The translations under genes and the position numbers were made by a program. The notes under the pieces are model-generated. The model was not told the DNA's origin, did not search any database, and saw only the letters and a program-made list of their open reading frames with translations. Positions 30,789 to 40,631 of a stretch of 64,000 nucleotides of DNA are shown here, one piece after another. Each line of letters begins with the position of its first letter. The first letter of the stretch is position 1. The stretch comes from a virus, in IMG/VR virus record IMGVR_UViG_3300038620_000126, positions 1-64,000 of that record, one strand, 5' to 3'.

Positions 30789-32282
30789 ATGTCAATTGAA
30801 ACAAAAATGGAAAAGGGAGAACAAAACATTGTTAGTGGCCGCAGAAAAAAACTTCCTCAAAGATTTTCCTCTGTTGTTGAAGAATTACTTTTTAGTTACT
30901 CACACATTAAAAGTAATACTGAATACTATGCTTGGTTTGCTCTATATCTTGATATTGTAGAAACAGATCAAATACCGACCTGCGCGGTAACAGTTAAAGA
31001 TGGAAAACCCGTGTTTCTTTACAATTCTAACTTCGTTAACAATGAACTAACACAAGAAGAATTCAACTTTGTGTATTTTCATGAAGTTATGCACTTAATT
31101 CTTGAACATGTTTCAAGGACTTCAAGAAACAACCATGATTCACATCTTGCAAATATCGCACAAGATTTAATTATCAATGAATTAATTGCACAGGATAAAA
31201 GTATATTCCGTATTTGTGAAACACCAAAGGTAAGAAAAACCGATAGTGATGGAAACATTACTAGCGAGGTTAATAACAAAAAAAGTAACGAAGATGCGGC
31301 TAATGGTTTGTTCTTAACAAGGGATATACCAAATTACGATGGGAAATGGATATATGAGCACGTTTATAATTATCTTTTGAACCTGAAAGAAAAATATGAA
31401 AAAATCTTAAGTGATGTTTCGGGTGAAAAAACCCAAAACAATGGGGGTGATAGTGGCGAAAATAGTAACGAGAATGGAAACACCGAAGCTGGAGAAAACG
31501 AAAGTGAAAGTGGAGATAATAAACAAAGCAACGAAAACTTAAAGGATAAAATCAAGTCGCATCCAGATTGGGTTCCTGATATGGAAGTCTTAAGTGCTGG
31601 TGATAAAAAAGGACAAACTATAGACGTTCACGTCTTAGATGATTTAACCGAGGAAGAAATAAACCAACTTAATGTAGAAGTTGGAAAGGTTATTTACGAC
31701 ATGAAAAACAGGGGGATCAATGCTGGTGAATCTATTCAACAGATTATTGACTTGCACAAACCAAGTAAAAACTACTTTAAGGAACTAAAGCGCAAATTGG
31801 GTCAAATAAAAGATAATTCAGGTGTTAAACACCATACCTATAAAAAACCTAATAGGAAGTTTCCTGCCTTAAAAGGAAAAGTAAAATATATTGATGAATT
31901 TAACGTTGTTCTTGATACATCAGGATCGATGTATGATACAGTTCAAAAGGTTATTTCAATCCTAAATGTTAAGGGTGTTGTTGTAAATCTTATTGAAGCT
32001 GATTATGAAGTTCAAAAAGTAACAAAAATTAAATCACCATCTCAACTTAAAAACTTTAATCTTCAAGGTTTCGGTGGAACGGATATGAATCCTGCACTTC
32101 GAAATATTGAAAGCGACAAACAATTAAAGGGCAATCCTACTGTTGTAATAACAGACGGTATGTGTCCTATGATTGACTTTAATGGGATTAAAAATGGTTT
32201 ACTTATTTATACGGAGTGTGAACCGGAAGTAACAAATGATGTTGGTATAAGCAAAACTTACGTTGACCCCGAAAATGTTTAA
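30789..32282 (+). CDS. DUF2201-like metallopeptidase-VWA protein
   Basis: HEVMH, NIAQD..IN, MIDAS DTSGS, GGTD and ITDG motifs. Confidence 0.85.
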   Translation: MSIETKMEKGEQNIVSGRRKKLPQRFSSVVEELLFSYSHIKSNTEYYAWFALYLDIVETDQIPTCAVTVKDGKPVFLYNSNFVNNELTQEEFNFVYFHEVMHLILEHVSRTSRNNHDSHLANIAQDLIINELIAQDKSIFRICETPKVRKTDSDGNITSEVNNKKSNEDAANGLFLTRDIPNYDGKWIYEHVYNYLLNLKEKYEKILSDVSGEKTQNNGGDSGENSNENGNTEAGENESESGDNKQSNENLKDKIKSHPDWVPDMEVLSAGDKKGQTIDVHVLDDLTEEEINQLNVEVGKVIYDMKNRGINAGESIQQIIDLHKPSKNYFKELKRKLGQIKDNSGVKHHTYKKPNRKFPALKGKVKYIDEFNVVLDTSGSMYDTVQKVISILNVKGVVVNLIEADYEVQKVTKIKSPSQLKNFNLQGFGGTDMNPALRNIESDKQLKGNPTVVITDGMCPMIDFNGIKNGLLIYTECEPEVTNDVGISKTYVDPENV

Positions 32283-32305
32283 CAATCAGATACAATTCCG
32301 ACATT

Positions 32306-32384
32306 AAATCCTGAAGCCTTTCAAATTTGTTAAAAAGTTGTAGTAAGAACAACTAAAGTTAAGGTTTGAAAGATTTCAGGATTT
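32306..32384. other. Long inverted repeat / about 80-nt stem-loop
   Basis: 20-bp arms (18 Watson-Crick pairs, one G-U, one mismatch) plus an inner AGTTG/CAACT stem. Confidence 0.7.
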
Positions 32385-32441
32385 TTACTATTTTATTACA
32401 TAACTATTTAACATAGAAAAATAAATACATAAAAAAACACT

Positions 32442-33107
32442 ATGGCTTCTGTCCACAATCAAATACTAGTAAGTATGGTTTCACATTTTACTGGTATAAA
32501 AAATTTGAATGTTTCATGGGATAATGAACTACAAAAGTACAATTGGAGATCACTTGATTCAAACCCCCAAACAAATGTAAACGGTGTAATAGAAAAATCA
32601 ACAAAAGGAGGATGGATTATATATTCTAACTATGAAAAAACATCAAATATTGAATACTTTATTGAAGAGAACCTTATGAATGCAGCAACAAAAGTAATAG
32701 AAATAAGTAGATTAGAATCAAAGTATGAATTTGAGTTAATTTCTAAAGAGGATTTTAAAAACCAACTTATACAAACAATAGCAGAATTTCGTGTTATTGA
32801 AACTTCTATAGTTTCTAATACGTTAAAGCTTTTGTCATATGACTTTTATAAAGAATTATCAATGCATTTTTATGATTTGGTTACAAACCTGTTATATGAT
32901 AAAGGTGAATTTATTGAAATAGAAGACTTTTCAGATATTGAAGAAGATTCTAATTCGACAGAAGTTTATACATTAGAAGAACTTGCCGATAACTTTAGTG
33001 ACTATGCTTCACACGAACACGAAATACCATATGGCCATAGTTTTATATTGGAAAATACAGAAAACGTAATAACAGAAACAGGAACTTATTTTATTAATTT
33101 AAACTAA
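32442..33107 (+). CDS. Hypothetical late protein
   Basis: 221 aa; AATAAATA at 32420. Confidence 0.65.
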   Translation: MASVHNQILVSMVSHFTGIKNLNVSWDNELQKYNWRSLDSNPQTNVNGVIEKSTKGGWIIYSNYEKTSNIEYFIEENLMNAATKVIEISRLESKYEFELISKEDFKNQLIQTIAEFRVIETSIVSNTLKLLSYDFYKELSMHFYDLVTNLLYDKGEFIEIEDFSDIEEDSNSTEVYTLEELADNFSDYASHEHEIPYGHSFILENTENVITETGTYFINLN

Positions 33108-33121
33108 AAAAAGTATATAAT

Positions 33122-33712
33122 TTGAGTATATTAGGATTAAGAGAAAATTCATTTAAGATAAGGCTTCCAAAAGATTTCTTTTTTGAAGAAGTTGAAAATT
33201 TTTGGAAACCAAATATTAAAAATATTGGAATTGATTTTGATAGCTTAACTGAGTTTATGAACTCTCAAATTCAGTCCATTACGGTTCCTGAATTTAATAT
33301 GACAAACTTACCCGAACAAATTCGAGAAGGTGGAAGAACTTACAAGCATGCCAGTTCAACACCTCCAATGAACTTTTTTGAAAAAAGTATTAATCTTTCA
33401 ATAAAGTCTACTGAAGGGCTACTTACCTATTGGGTAATGTTTGATCAGTTAACGCAATACCTTTCACACGTTGAAAACACTCCTTATTTGCCACCCCTAA
33501 CAGTAGATATTCTTGATAATAAAGGTTATGCTTATTATACAATGATATTTGAGCAAATAATATTTCAGGGGCTATCTACTATAGAACTTTCAAAAGATTC
33601 AAATTCACCCACATTTAAATCTTTTACATCCACTTTAAGTTACAACAAAATTAAAATCAATTTTAGAAACGGAACTCAAAGTTCTAATTACAAAGATATT
33701 TTTAAAAACTAA
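33122..33712 (+). CDS. Tail tube-fold protein (gp19/gp3/gp54-like)
   Basis: N.F...LP, IQSITVP, L.V.ILD...F......LS.IEL...F...Y pattern; size fits. Confidence 0.5.
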   Translation: MSILGLRENSFKIRLPKDFFFEEVENFWKPNIKNIGIDFDSLTEFMNSQIQSITVPEFNMTNLPEQIREGGRTYKHASSTPPMNFFEKSINLSIKSTEGLLTYWVMFDQLTQYLSHVENTPYLPPLTVDILDNKGYAYYTMIFEQIIFQGLSTIELSKDSNSPTFKSFTSTLSYNKIKINFRNGTQSSNYKDIFKN

Positions 33713-33723
33713 TTATTTGTTTT

Positions 33724-34158
33724 ATGCAAGAAGAAACACAAAAAATTGAAAATTTAGTTTATAAAACCTATAATGAATTTAGTGAAAATGATATAACTGG
33801 GTTTAGGCACTTTGTTATAAACAAACTTGATGAATTAAAAGAAACTTTTTCACATGCTGGTGAAAACTTTTTAAATTTGATACTTGAAAAGGCGGAGGAG
33901 TTTGAAGAGTATGAAGTTTGTGAAGCCATTATAAGAGTTAAACAGGAAATAAAAAATTACTACGGATTTAATAGTGGTGAACAAAGTGTTAGTAATGAAC
34001 TTCTTGAAAGTTATAAAAAAATTATAAATTCAAGTAGTAAAATTGAAAACGATGAAAAGCCAGCAATTGTTCAATTATATGTAACAATTTCTATTATGAT
34101 CATAGTTTATAAAACTGGAATTGATGTAATTTTCACATACTTCAAAAACTTTGAATAA
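33724..34158 (+). CDS. Hypothetical protein (AEEFEEYEVC UVR-like helix)
   Basis: 144-aa ORF in the operon. Confidence 0.55.
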   Translation: MQEETQKIENLVYKTYNEFSENDITGFRHFVINKLDELKETFSHAGENFLNLILEKAEEFEEYEVCEAIIRVKQEIKNYYGFNSGEQSVSNELLESYKKIINSSSKIENDEKPAIVQLYVTISIMIIVYKTGIDVIFTYFKNFE

Positions 34159-34178
34159 ATAAAAAAAAACACAAAAAA

Positions 34179-35858
34179 TTGGCAGGATTTTTAGATAATA
34201 TAACATCTGGAATTGTAAAGCCTATATCTGATGCGTTTAAGCGCCTTAGTTCTGCTGGGCTTCAATATAAAGATCAAGTAATACAAAATTCTATTACGCT
34301 TGAACAAGAACCTGGAAGTGCAGGAAATAGAACGAATCGTTTTAACTTTGGAGACAACCAAAATGATATTGATCCATCATATGCAGAATTTCTAAACAAT
34401 GCCGCACTAGCAGATTATAACTTTAAAAAGTATGTTCCCTTTTTTGATAATGACTATGCATCAAAACGAAGTGAACTTCAAAGATTTTCAATGAATGGTG
34501 AAATTGATTTTATTCTTTCTACATTATCAAATGATTCAATCGTATTTGACACAGAAAACAAATTTTGTTATGTTGATACTTCAAAATTAGAAGACTATTC
34601 AGAAGAGGTTCGAGAAAGTGCCAGAAACAGGTTTGAAGAAATTTATACTTTGTTTTTTGGTTATTCAGATATGCCTTATAGATATTATCGTCAATGGTTA
34701 ATAGAGGGTGTTATTGCTTTTGAAATTGTTTATGACGATATAGCAACCCCCAGTCAAATTATCGGTTTTCATGAGGTTGACCCCGTTACATTAAAACCCG
34801 AAATCCGACAAGAAAATGATGGTAGTTTTTATAAGGTTTGGGTACATGATCAAAATAGTTCAAATTATGGAAACGCACGTAGTACAGCAAATCAAAAAGA
34901 ACTTTATGACAGTCAAATAATTTTTATTTCTTTTGGAACACCGAACCAAACAACTCGTGTTTCATATGCAGAAACCCTTGTACGTTCTTATAATCTTCTT
35001 AGAATTATGGAACACAGTCGGGTTATTTGGAACTTGATGAATTCAAGTTTTCGATTAAAAGCTGTTGTTCCAACGGGTTCCGTTTCTGGTCATAAGATGC
35101 GTCAAAAAGTTTCCGAATTTAAAAATGAATGGAAAGAAGATATTCACATAGATGATGATTCAGGTGAAATATCTGTTAATGGACAGCCCAACTTTCCATT
35201 CCATAAAACATTTGTAATACCCTCAGCAGGTGGTGAACAAGTTGAAATTGACTCTATGAATTTTGAAGGGCCTGATCTTTCAAATATGGAAGCGGTTAAA
35301 TGGTTTCGTGATAATCTTAGACGTGATTCAAAAATTCCCTTTGAACGTTTTGAACGTGAACAAGGTGGCGGAGAATATACAATGAACGTCGAAGGCATTG
35401 CACGGGAAGAAATGAGATATAACCGTTTTATAAACCAACTTAGAAGTACATTTGAAGAAATTATACGTAAACCTTTGTATCATCAAATGTTGCTGGATTA
35501 CCCTCAACTTCAAGATGATATGACTTTCCAAAGTAAGTTGGGCATTAAATACAACAGAAATAATCTTTTTGAAGAAATGAAAAAAGCTGAACTGGTTAAG
35601 AGGGAAGTTGAAACTATATCAACAGTTCAAAATAATTTAATGGAAGAAGGTGGTGAGCAACCTTATATTCCAACAGAATGGGCAATAAACAAATTCTTAA
35701 ATCAGTTTACAGAAGAAGAAATGGAAGACCTCAAAGAAGCCAGAAAAAATCGTGAAATACGAAAGAAAAAAGAAGAACAAGGTGAAGGCGAAGGAGAAGC
35801 TGGAGCCGGAGCTGAAGATATGGGGGGTGATGAAGGAGGCTTAGATATTGGACTTTAA
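34179..35858 (+). CDS. Portal protein (T4 gp20-like)
   Basis: W.I.G.I.F, YN.LR.ME, V.WF...L...SKIP..RF, I.REE..Y..FI..LR..F motifs; acidic G/E tail. Confidence 0.92.
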   Translation: MAGFLDNITSGIVKPISDAFKRLSSAGLQYKDQVIQNSITLEQEPGSAGNRTNRFNFGDNQNDIDPSYAEFLNNAALADYNFKKYVPFFDNDYASKRSELQRFSMNGEIDFILSTLSNDSIVFDTENKFCYVDTSKLEDYSEEVRESARNRFEEIYTLFFGYSDMPYRYYRQWLIEGVIAFEIVYDDIATPSQIIGFHEVDPVTLKPEIRQENDGSFYKVWVHDQNSSNYGNARSTANQKELYDSQIIFISFGTPNQTTRVSYAETLVRSYNLLRIMEHSRVIWNLMNSSFRLKAVVPTGSVSGHKMRQKVSEFKNEWKEDIHIDDDSGEISVNGQPNFPFHKTFVIPSAGGEQVEIDSMNFEGPDLSNMEAVKWFRDNLRRDSKIPFERFEREQGGGEYTMNVEGIAREEMRYNRFINQLRSTFEEIIRKPLYHQMLLDYPQLQDDMTFQSKLGIKYNRNNLFEEMKKAELVKREVETISTVQNNLMEEGGEQPYIPTEWAINKFLNQFTEEEMEDLKEARKNREIRKKKEEQGEGEGEAGAGAEDMGGDEGGLDIGL

Positions 35859-35886
35859 TTTTTTTGGAACTTAAATTTATATAAAA

Positions 35887-36276
35887 ATGAGTTTTTATCA
35901 GGAAAAAACCAAAACTGTAGAAAATCTTGATAGTTCTACTTGGGATAAATTAGTAGAAGATGTTGCAAACAAAGTAATGGAAAAAATTGAAATTGTAAAC
36001 GAAAATCAGGATGAGCAAAGTGAAGAAGCATCTAATTCTGATAACAAACGTAAGTATCCACTTAACTTTCTTAACAAAAAACTTAAACTAACTTATAAAG
36101 ATAGGCATGATCCAAACCTACTATTAGTTATATTTTTAATAGAAGTATTAGAACGTGAGTTTGGAAAGGGACATGATTACTTGTCTCGTCTTAGAGACAA
36201 CTATAAATTTGAATTTGATGATGAAACGCTTTATTCAAGACTGGAGCAAGTATTAACAAACCAATCAAAAAAGTAA
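35887..36276 (+). CDS. Hypothetical protein
   Basis: 129-aa ORF after the portal gene. Confidence 0.6.
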   Translation: MSFYQEKTKTVENLDSSTWDKLVEDVANKVMEKIEIVNENQDEQSEEASNSDNKRKYPLNFLNKKLKLTYKDRHDPNLLLVIFLIEVLEREFGKGHDYLSRLRDNYKFEFDDETLYSRLEQVLTNQSKK

Positions 36277-36282
36277 AAAACT

Positions 36283-36612
36283 ATGTCAACTGAAAATCAA
36301 GAAGAACAAAATCAAAATAGTTTAGAAAATCTTACTGATTTAATATCGGAAAACGAGTATAATGAAATCATGGATTTAATAAATCGCTATCAACAAAATT
36401 ATCAAGATGCCACTAAGCTTAATAATGATGCTAATGAAATTCAGCAAAGGTATCAAAAGCTTCAAGACAAAATACTTAGGGACAAGAGGGATGAAGAAGA
36501 GCTTTTAAGCAGATTAAAAAGTAAGTATGGAGATTTTAATATCAATATAGAAGATTTCGCACAAAATAGTGAAAATGAAAATTTAGAAAGCTATGAACAA
36601 AATGATGGTTAA
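36283..36612 (+). CDS. Acidic coiled-coil protein
   Basis: 109 aa, heptad-rich, ending ...LKSKYG. Confidence 0.6.
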   Translation: MSTENQEEQNQNSLENLTDLISENEYNEIMDLINRYQQNYQDATKLNNDANEIQQRYQKLQDKILRDKRDEEELLSRLKSKYGDFNINIEDFAQNSENENLESYEQNDG

Positions 36613-36645
36613 TCATTTAATTGAAATAAATATATAAAAACTAAA

Positions 36646-37368
36646 ATGGCTCAAATTATACCATCTACAACTGGAGATATAGTTCTTAATCAAATTAATA
36701 ATAAGTTAATTCTATTTGATAGGAATTTAAGTACATATGCTCCCTATATTAATGAAGAAATTATAGATACATCAACTGGTGATGTATTATATACTATAGA
36801 TCAATCAACTCCCCCAATTGCAGGAAAACTTCAAAATTTATCATTAGTTCCTGGTTTTGATAATCTAGGCAATCCTACAAGATTTGATACTATAAAAGGC
36901 GAATTTGTATTTGATGCCGATAACGGAACAATTTACAACTTATATGGTCTCCCAATAAATTATTTGTACTTTATATCCGATAATTTTGTTGCACATCCTG
37001 AAACAATTTTTAATGCTGGCTATAATCAAATAAAGTTAAACAGCAGTGAACCAAATACACAAACAAAAAGTTTTAAGCAGTACATTGTAACTGAAAACAG
37101 TTCAACTGCAACAACTACTGTTAATAAACTCTATAATCCCAACAACCAAGAAGTTACAAATTCAGGAATTGTAACTGTTAGCTCAGGTGGTTCTGTTTCA
37201 ATTTCTAGTTTTCGAACAGAAATAACAGTTGAATTAGATTTTGATAGAACCCAACTTGATGATTTAATTGAAGGTGGTTGGACGGCTGAAATAAAAATAG
37301 AGTTTAACGGTGATTTTATACTTTATAATATTCCATTTTCCAGTAAACGGCAGATTAGCCAACCATAA
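36646..37368 (+). CDS. Hypothetical late/structural protein
   Basis: AATAAATA at 36625. Confidence 0.6.
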   Translation: MAQIIPSTTGDIVLNQINNKLILFDRNLSTYAPYINEEIIDTSTGDVLYTIDQSTPPIAGKLQNLSLVPGFDNLGNPTRFDTIKGEFVFDADNGTIYNLYGLPINYLYFISDNFVAHPETIFNAGYNQIKLNSSEPNTQTKSFKQYIVTENSSTATTTVNKLYNPNNQEVTNSGIVTVSSGGSVSISSFRTEITVELDFDRTQLDDLIEGGWTAEIKIEFNGDFILYNIPFSSKRQISQP

Positions 37369-39065
37369 TGAAAATCAAAAAGATTCAATTTAAGAATATA
37401 GCGTCTTACGGAGAGCGTCTTCAAACAGTAACATTTCCAGAATCTTCTAATGGATTTTATCTTATAACCGGAGAAAATGGTTCGGGAAAATCCACAATAG
37501 GAAATGTTATTGTTTTAAGCATGTATGGAAGAATAGGGAAAACTGGCATTAAGAAGGACGACATATCAAATCGAATTAATCAAAATGGATATACTTATAT
37601 CGAGTTTGAAACTCAAAGTAATGAAGTAGCAATTGAAAGATTTTTTAATCCACATAAAGAGGCCAATATTTATGTAGACGGCGTTAACATTAAAGATAAT
37701 TTGCCTTCAAGCAAAAAAGAAAGAGAAAAATACATTGAAAATGAACTACTTAATTTCCCTTTTTATCTTTTTAACAGCTTAATAACACTTTCTGTTAATG
37801 ATTTTAAGTCATTTGTAAAAATGTCAAAAAGTGATAAAAAAATGATTTTTGATAAAATATTTGGATTTGGAATCATTAACGAAATGCAGGAACTGGTTAA
37901 CACTAAATTAAAAGATGAAAGGTCTCGCTTAGATCAGTTAAACAGCGAAATAAAAACAACAGAACATAATATTGAAAAAACACAAGAAAAACTTAATCGG
38001 TTTTTTGAAAAGGTTAGTGAATCTAATGCACAAAAAATAGAGGAACTTAAAAGCAAAGCCAAAGAGTTAAAAGATCAAAAAGAAAATTACATTTCCAAAG
38101 TAAATCAATTAGAAAAAGAAGTTGAAAATAAAGATTACGAAATATCAGATATAAAAGAGAAAATATCAGCCCTAAAAAATAGAATTGATAATAACAACAA
38201 ACAGTTAAAACTTCTTAATAATGATAGATGTCCAGAATGTGAAAGTGATCTTAACACCAATTATCATATAAGCAAAAAAGAGGAATTAAACCTAAGTCTT
38301 GAAAATGATAAAAAAAGACTAGAAACTTTAGAAACGAATCTACAAGAAATTAAAGATACCAAAAAAGAAATAAAAAGCCGTTATTCTGAATCGCTAAACT
38401 ATCTTAATGAGTTAAAGTCTCAAGTAAAAAGTTATATTGATAAAATTAAAGAATTAAAAAGCAGTTCTGAAAACGATGAAAACACGCAAAACTTAAAGGA
38501 TATTATTTCATCCTTAGAACAGGAAAATAAAGAAAAAAGAAACAAACACAAAAATATTAATTACAGACTAAACTACTTAAAGCTATTAAATGATGTTTTA
38601 AGTGATGGTGGAGTAAAGACCGAAATGATTAAAAGTATTTTGCCACATTTAAACAACGAACTTAAAATAAACACATCTCTTTTAGAGTTGCCCTATGATA
38701 TAATCTTTAATTATCAGTTTGAAACAGATGTTTATCAAATGGGATACGCAATAGATGTAAATACACTCTCAACTGGAGAAATGAAAAAGTTAGATTTTGT
38801 GTGTTTACTTTCTGTTATAAAAATTCTTAAATATAAATATCCTAAAATTAACACATTGTTTCTTGATGAAATATTTTCAAGTTTAGATAGCGAATCAATA
38901 AAGTCTGTCTTGCATATACTTTACACAATAACAAATGAATTTGATATTAACATAATGGTTATTAGTCATTATAGCTTACCCGATGACCTATTCACAGAAA
39001 CTTTAGAAGTTTCTAAAGACAAGGGGTTTAGCGAAATAAACTTCAAAAGCAAAAAAAAGAATTAA
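37368..39065 (+). CDS. gp46/SbcC/Rad50-like recombination ATPase
   Basis: GENGSGKS, zinc hook CPEC, LSTGE signature, FLDE, ISH. Confidence 0.92.
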   Translation: MKIKKIQFKNIASYGERLQTVTFPESSNGFYLITGENGSGKSTIGNVIVLSMYGRIGKTGIKKDDISNRINQNGYTYIEFETQSNEVAIERFFNPHKEANIYVDGVNIKDNLPSSKKEREKYIENELLNFPFYLFNSLITLSVNDFKSFVKMSKSDKKMIFDKIFGFGIINEMQELVNTKLKDERSRLDQLNSEIKTTEHNIEKTQEKLNRFFEKVSESNAQKIEELKSKAKELKDQKENYISKVNQLEKEVENKDYEISDIKEKISALKNRIDNNNKQLKLLNNDRCPECESDLNTNYHISKKEELNLSLENDKKRLETLETNLQEIKDTKKEIKSRYSESLNYLNELKSQVKSYIDKIKELKSSSENDENTQNLKDIISSLEQENKEKRNKHKNINYRLNYLKLLNDVLSDGGVKTEMIKSILPHLNNELKINTSLLELPYDIIFNYQFETDVYQMGYAIDVNTLSTGEMKKLDFVCLLSVIKILKYKYPKINTLFLDEIFSSLDSESIKSVLHILYTITNEFDINIMVISHYSLPDDLFTETLEVSKDKGFSEINFKSKKKN

Positions 39066-39151
39066 ACTAATTTAAAAATATCATAAACGTTATAAGATAG
39101 TGATTTCTTTTCACTGCCATCAAAAAATTAAAAATTTTTTGATGGTAACTC

Positions 39152-39180
39152 TTGACAAGAGTTCTCCTTTTGCCTATATT
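39152..39180 (+). promoter_or_regulatory. Early promoter TTGACA-N17-TATATT, preceded by a 13-bp perfect hairpin (39117-39145)
   Basis: Exact motif. Confidence 0.8.
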
Positions 39181-39247
39181 GCGGCTAGAAAGTTGATAAC
39201 AAAAGAAAAGACTAACTTTAATTAAACCATTAAAAACTTTTTCTACT

Positions 39248-39502
39248 ATGTATTATCTGGGAGTTTACCAGCAAGATGAAGAAAGGAATGTTTTTTACTT
39301 CACCAGCAACCAGCGCGACCGAGATCAGGCGGTTGCTGCGGCTAAATCAGAAGGCTATAGTACGGCTTTTCCAACTACTAGAGAAGAGGTTATCACCCAA
39401 CAGGGTGGAGATCAAGTTTATCATTGTTCTTTCGTTACTCCCTCCGAAAATCGGCAAAACTCCTTCGCTTTTTGGACGGCCGGTTTTGCACGTGTCCTTT
39501 AA
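39248..39502 (+). CDS. Hypothetical early protein
   Basis: First ORF after the promoter; visibly higher GC. Confidence 0.6.
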   Translation: MYYLGVYQQDEERNVFYFTSNQRDRDQAVAAAKSEGYSTAFPTTREEVITQQGGDQVYHCSFVTPSENRQNSFAFWTAGFARVL

Positions 39503-39593
39503 AAACGTTTTTCTAGGGGGTCAAAAATTGCAAATTTTTGGCATAACCTGTCTTAGCAGTAAGCAATAAAACATTTACTCAACTTAAACTTTT

Positions 39594-40094
39594 ATGATTA
39601 TGAATCCTTTGGAAAAATTAGAACAAGCACAACAAAATTTAAGTGCCGCTCAAGAAGAAGTAGTAGAATCGTTTTTAGATTATGCCTTAGCGGAAGGGCG
39701 AGAATTTTCCAGCAAACATTATATGGACGAAATTGAACCCCACGACTGGATATTTTACGCTATCACCCGTAGGCAGGTGGTGCAAACCTTAATTGAGCAT
39801 TACGACTTGCTGGCACCCCAGATTAAAAACTTACTGGCTAAGCGTGTGCCTCGATCAGATATGCATACAAAAAAGATGTTTGAACTTTTCCAGCGAAGTG
39901 ATCTGAATGATGGTTATCAACAAGGTATTGAGGCATCCGAATTGCACGATATGCTGGAATATAACCGAATGGCCAGCAAAGTAGATAGCCCTGCATGGGC
40001 CATTGATTTGCTCCGAGCCCGATTGGGTTATTTGCTTATTTTGCAGGAAAGAGAAGATGAAAAACTAGCAAGCAGTTTTATTTTTAGTAAGTAA
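39594..40094 (+). CDS. Hypothetical early protein
   Basis: 166 aa, higher GC, followed by a terminator. Confidence 0.7.
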   Translation: MIMNPLEKLEQAQQNLSAAQEEVVESFLDYALAEGREFSSKHYMDEIEPHDWIFYAITRRQVVQTLIEHYDLLAPQIKNLLAKRVPRSDMHTKKMFELFQRSDLNDGYQQGIEASELHDMLEYNRMASKVDSPAWAIDLLRARLGYLLILQEREDEKLASSFIFSK

Positions 40095-40119
40095 AGTGAT
40101 AAATGCTAGTTAAGCATTT

Positions 40120-40150
40120 AATCGGGGGCAAAACGTCTCCGATTTTTTTT
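40120..40150 (+). terminator. Intrinsic terminator
   Basis: AATCGGGG/CTCCGATT stem plus T8. Confidence 0.7.
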
Positions 40151-40199
40151 AACACTTCTATTGTAAAAATTTCAAATTATTATAACTTTGTAACTCCCT

Positions 40200-40631
40200 A
40201 TGACAACAAAAGTAACAATTATAGCAAAAGAAGAAGATGATGGTACAATTAAAGGTTTTACTTGCCTTGGTAATGAACCTATTAATACAAGGGGTTTAGT
40301 TCTTTGTGATTATTATTCTGATGAGAACAAATTAAATGACTTAATTAAACTTGGAACTTCGCAACACTTAAAAGAAGAAAGAAAAAATTGCAATCTAACT
40401 AAAAGTTCTCAGGGTATAGCTTATTATTGGAATAACAAATTAGAACTACTTTCCGAAGCTAGAGAATCTTTTATATTTGATTATGTATACTTGTATGATA
40501 GTAGAAAAAGATGGCTAGTTTATAATAAAAAAAGAAAAAAACTTTTATCTTTAAATAGAGTTCTAAATTTTATATACCCCAAAAGAGTTATGTTCAAACA
40601 ACTAAAAGCCTCGATTGAATCACGTCGTTAA
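40200..40631 (+). CDS. Conserved phage hypothetical protein (divergent member)
   Basis: DGTIKG..C......G..L..YY......LI.LG and YVYLYD..W pattern; TAACTTTG at 40183. Confidence 0.55.
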   Translation: MTTKVTIIAKEEDDGTIKGFTCLGNEPINTRGLVLCDYYSDENKLNDLIKLGTSQHLKEERKNCNLTKSSQGIAYYWNNKLELLSEARESFIFDYVYLYDSRKRWLVYNKKRKKLLSLNRVLNFIYPKRVMFKQLKASIESRR

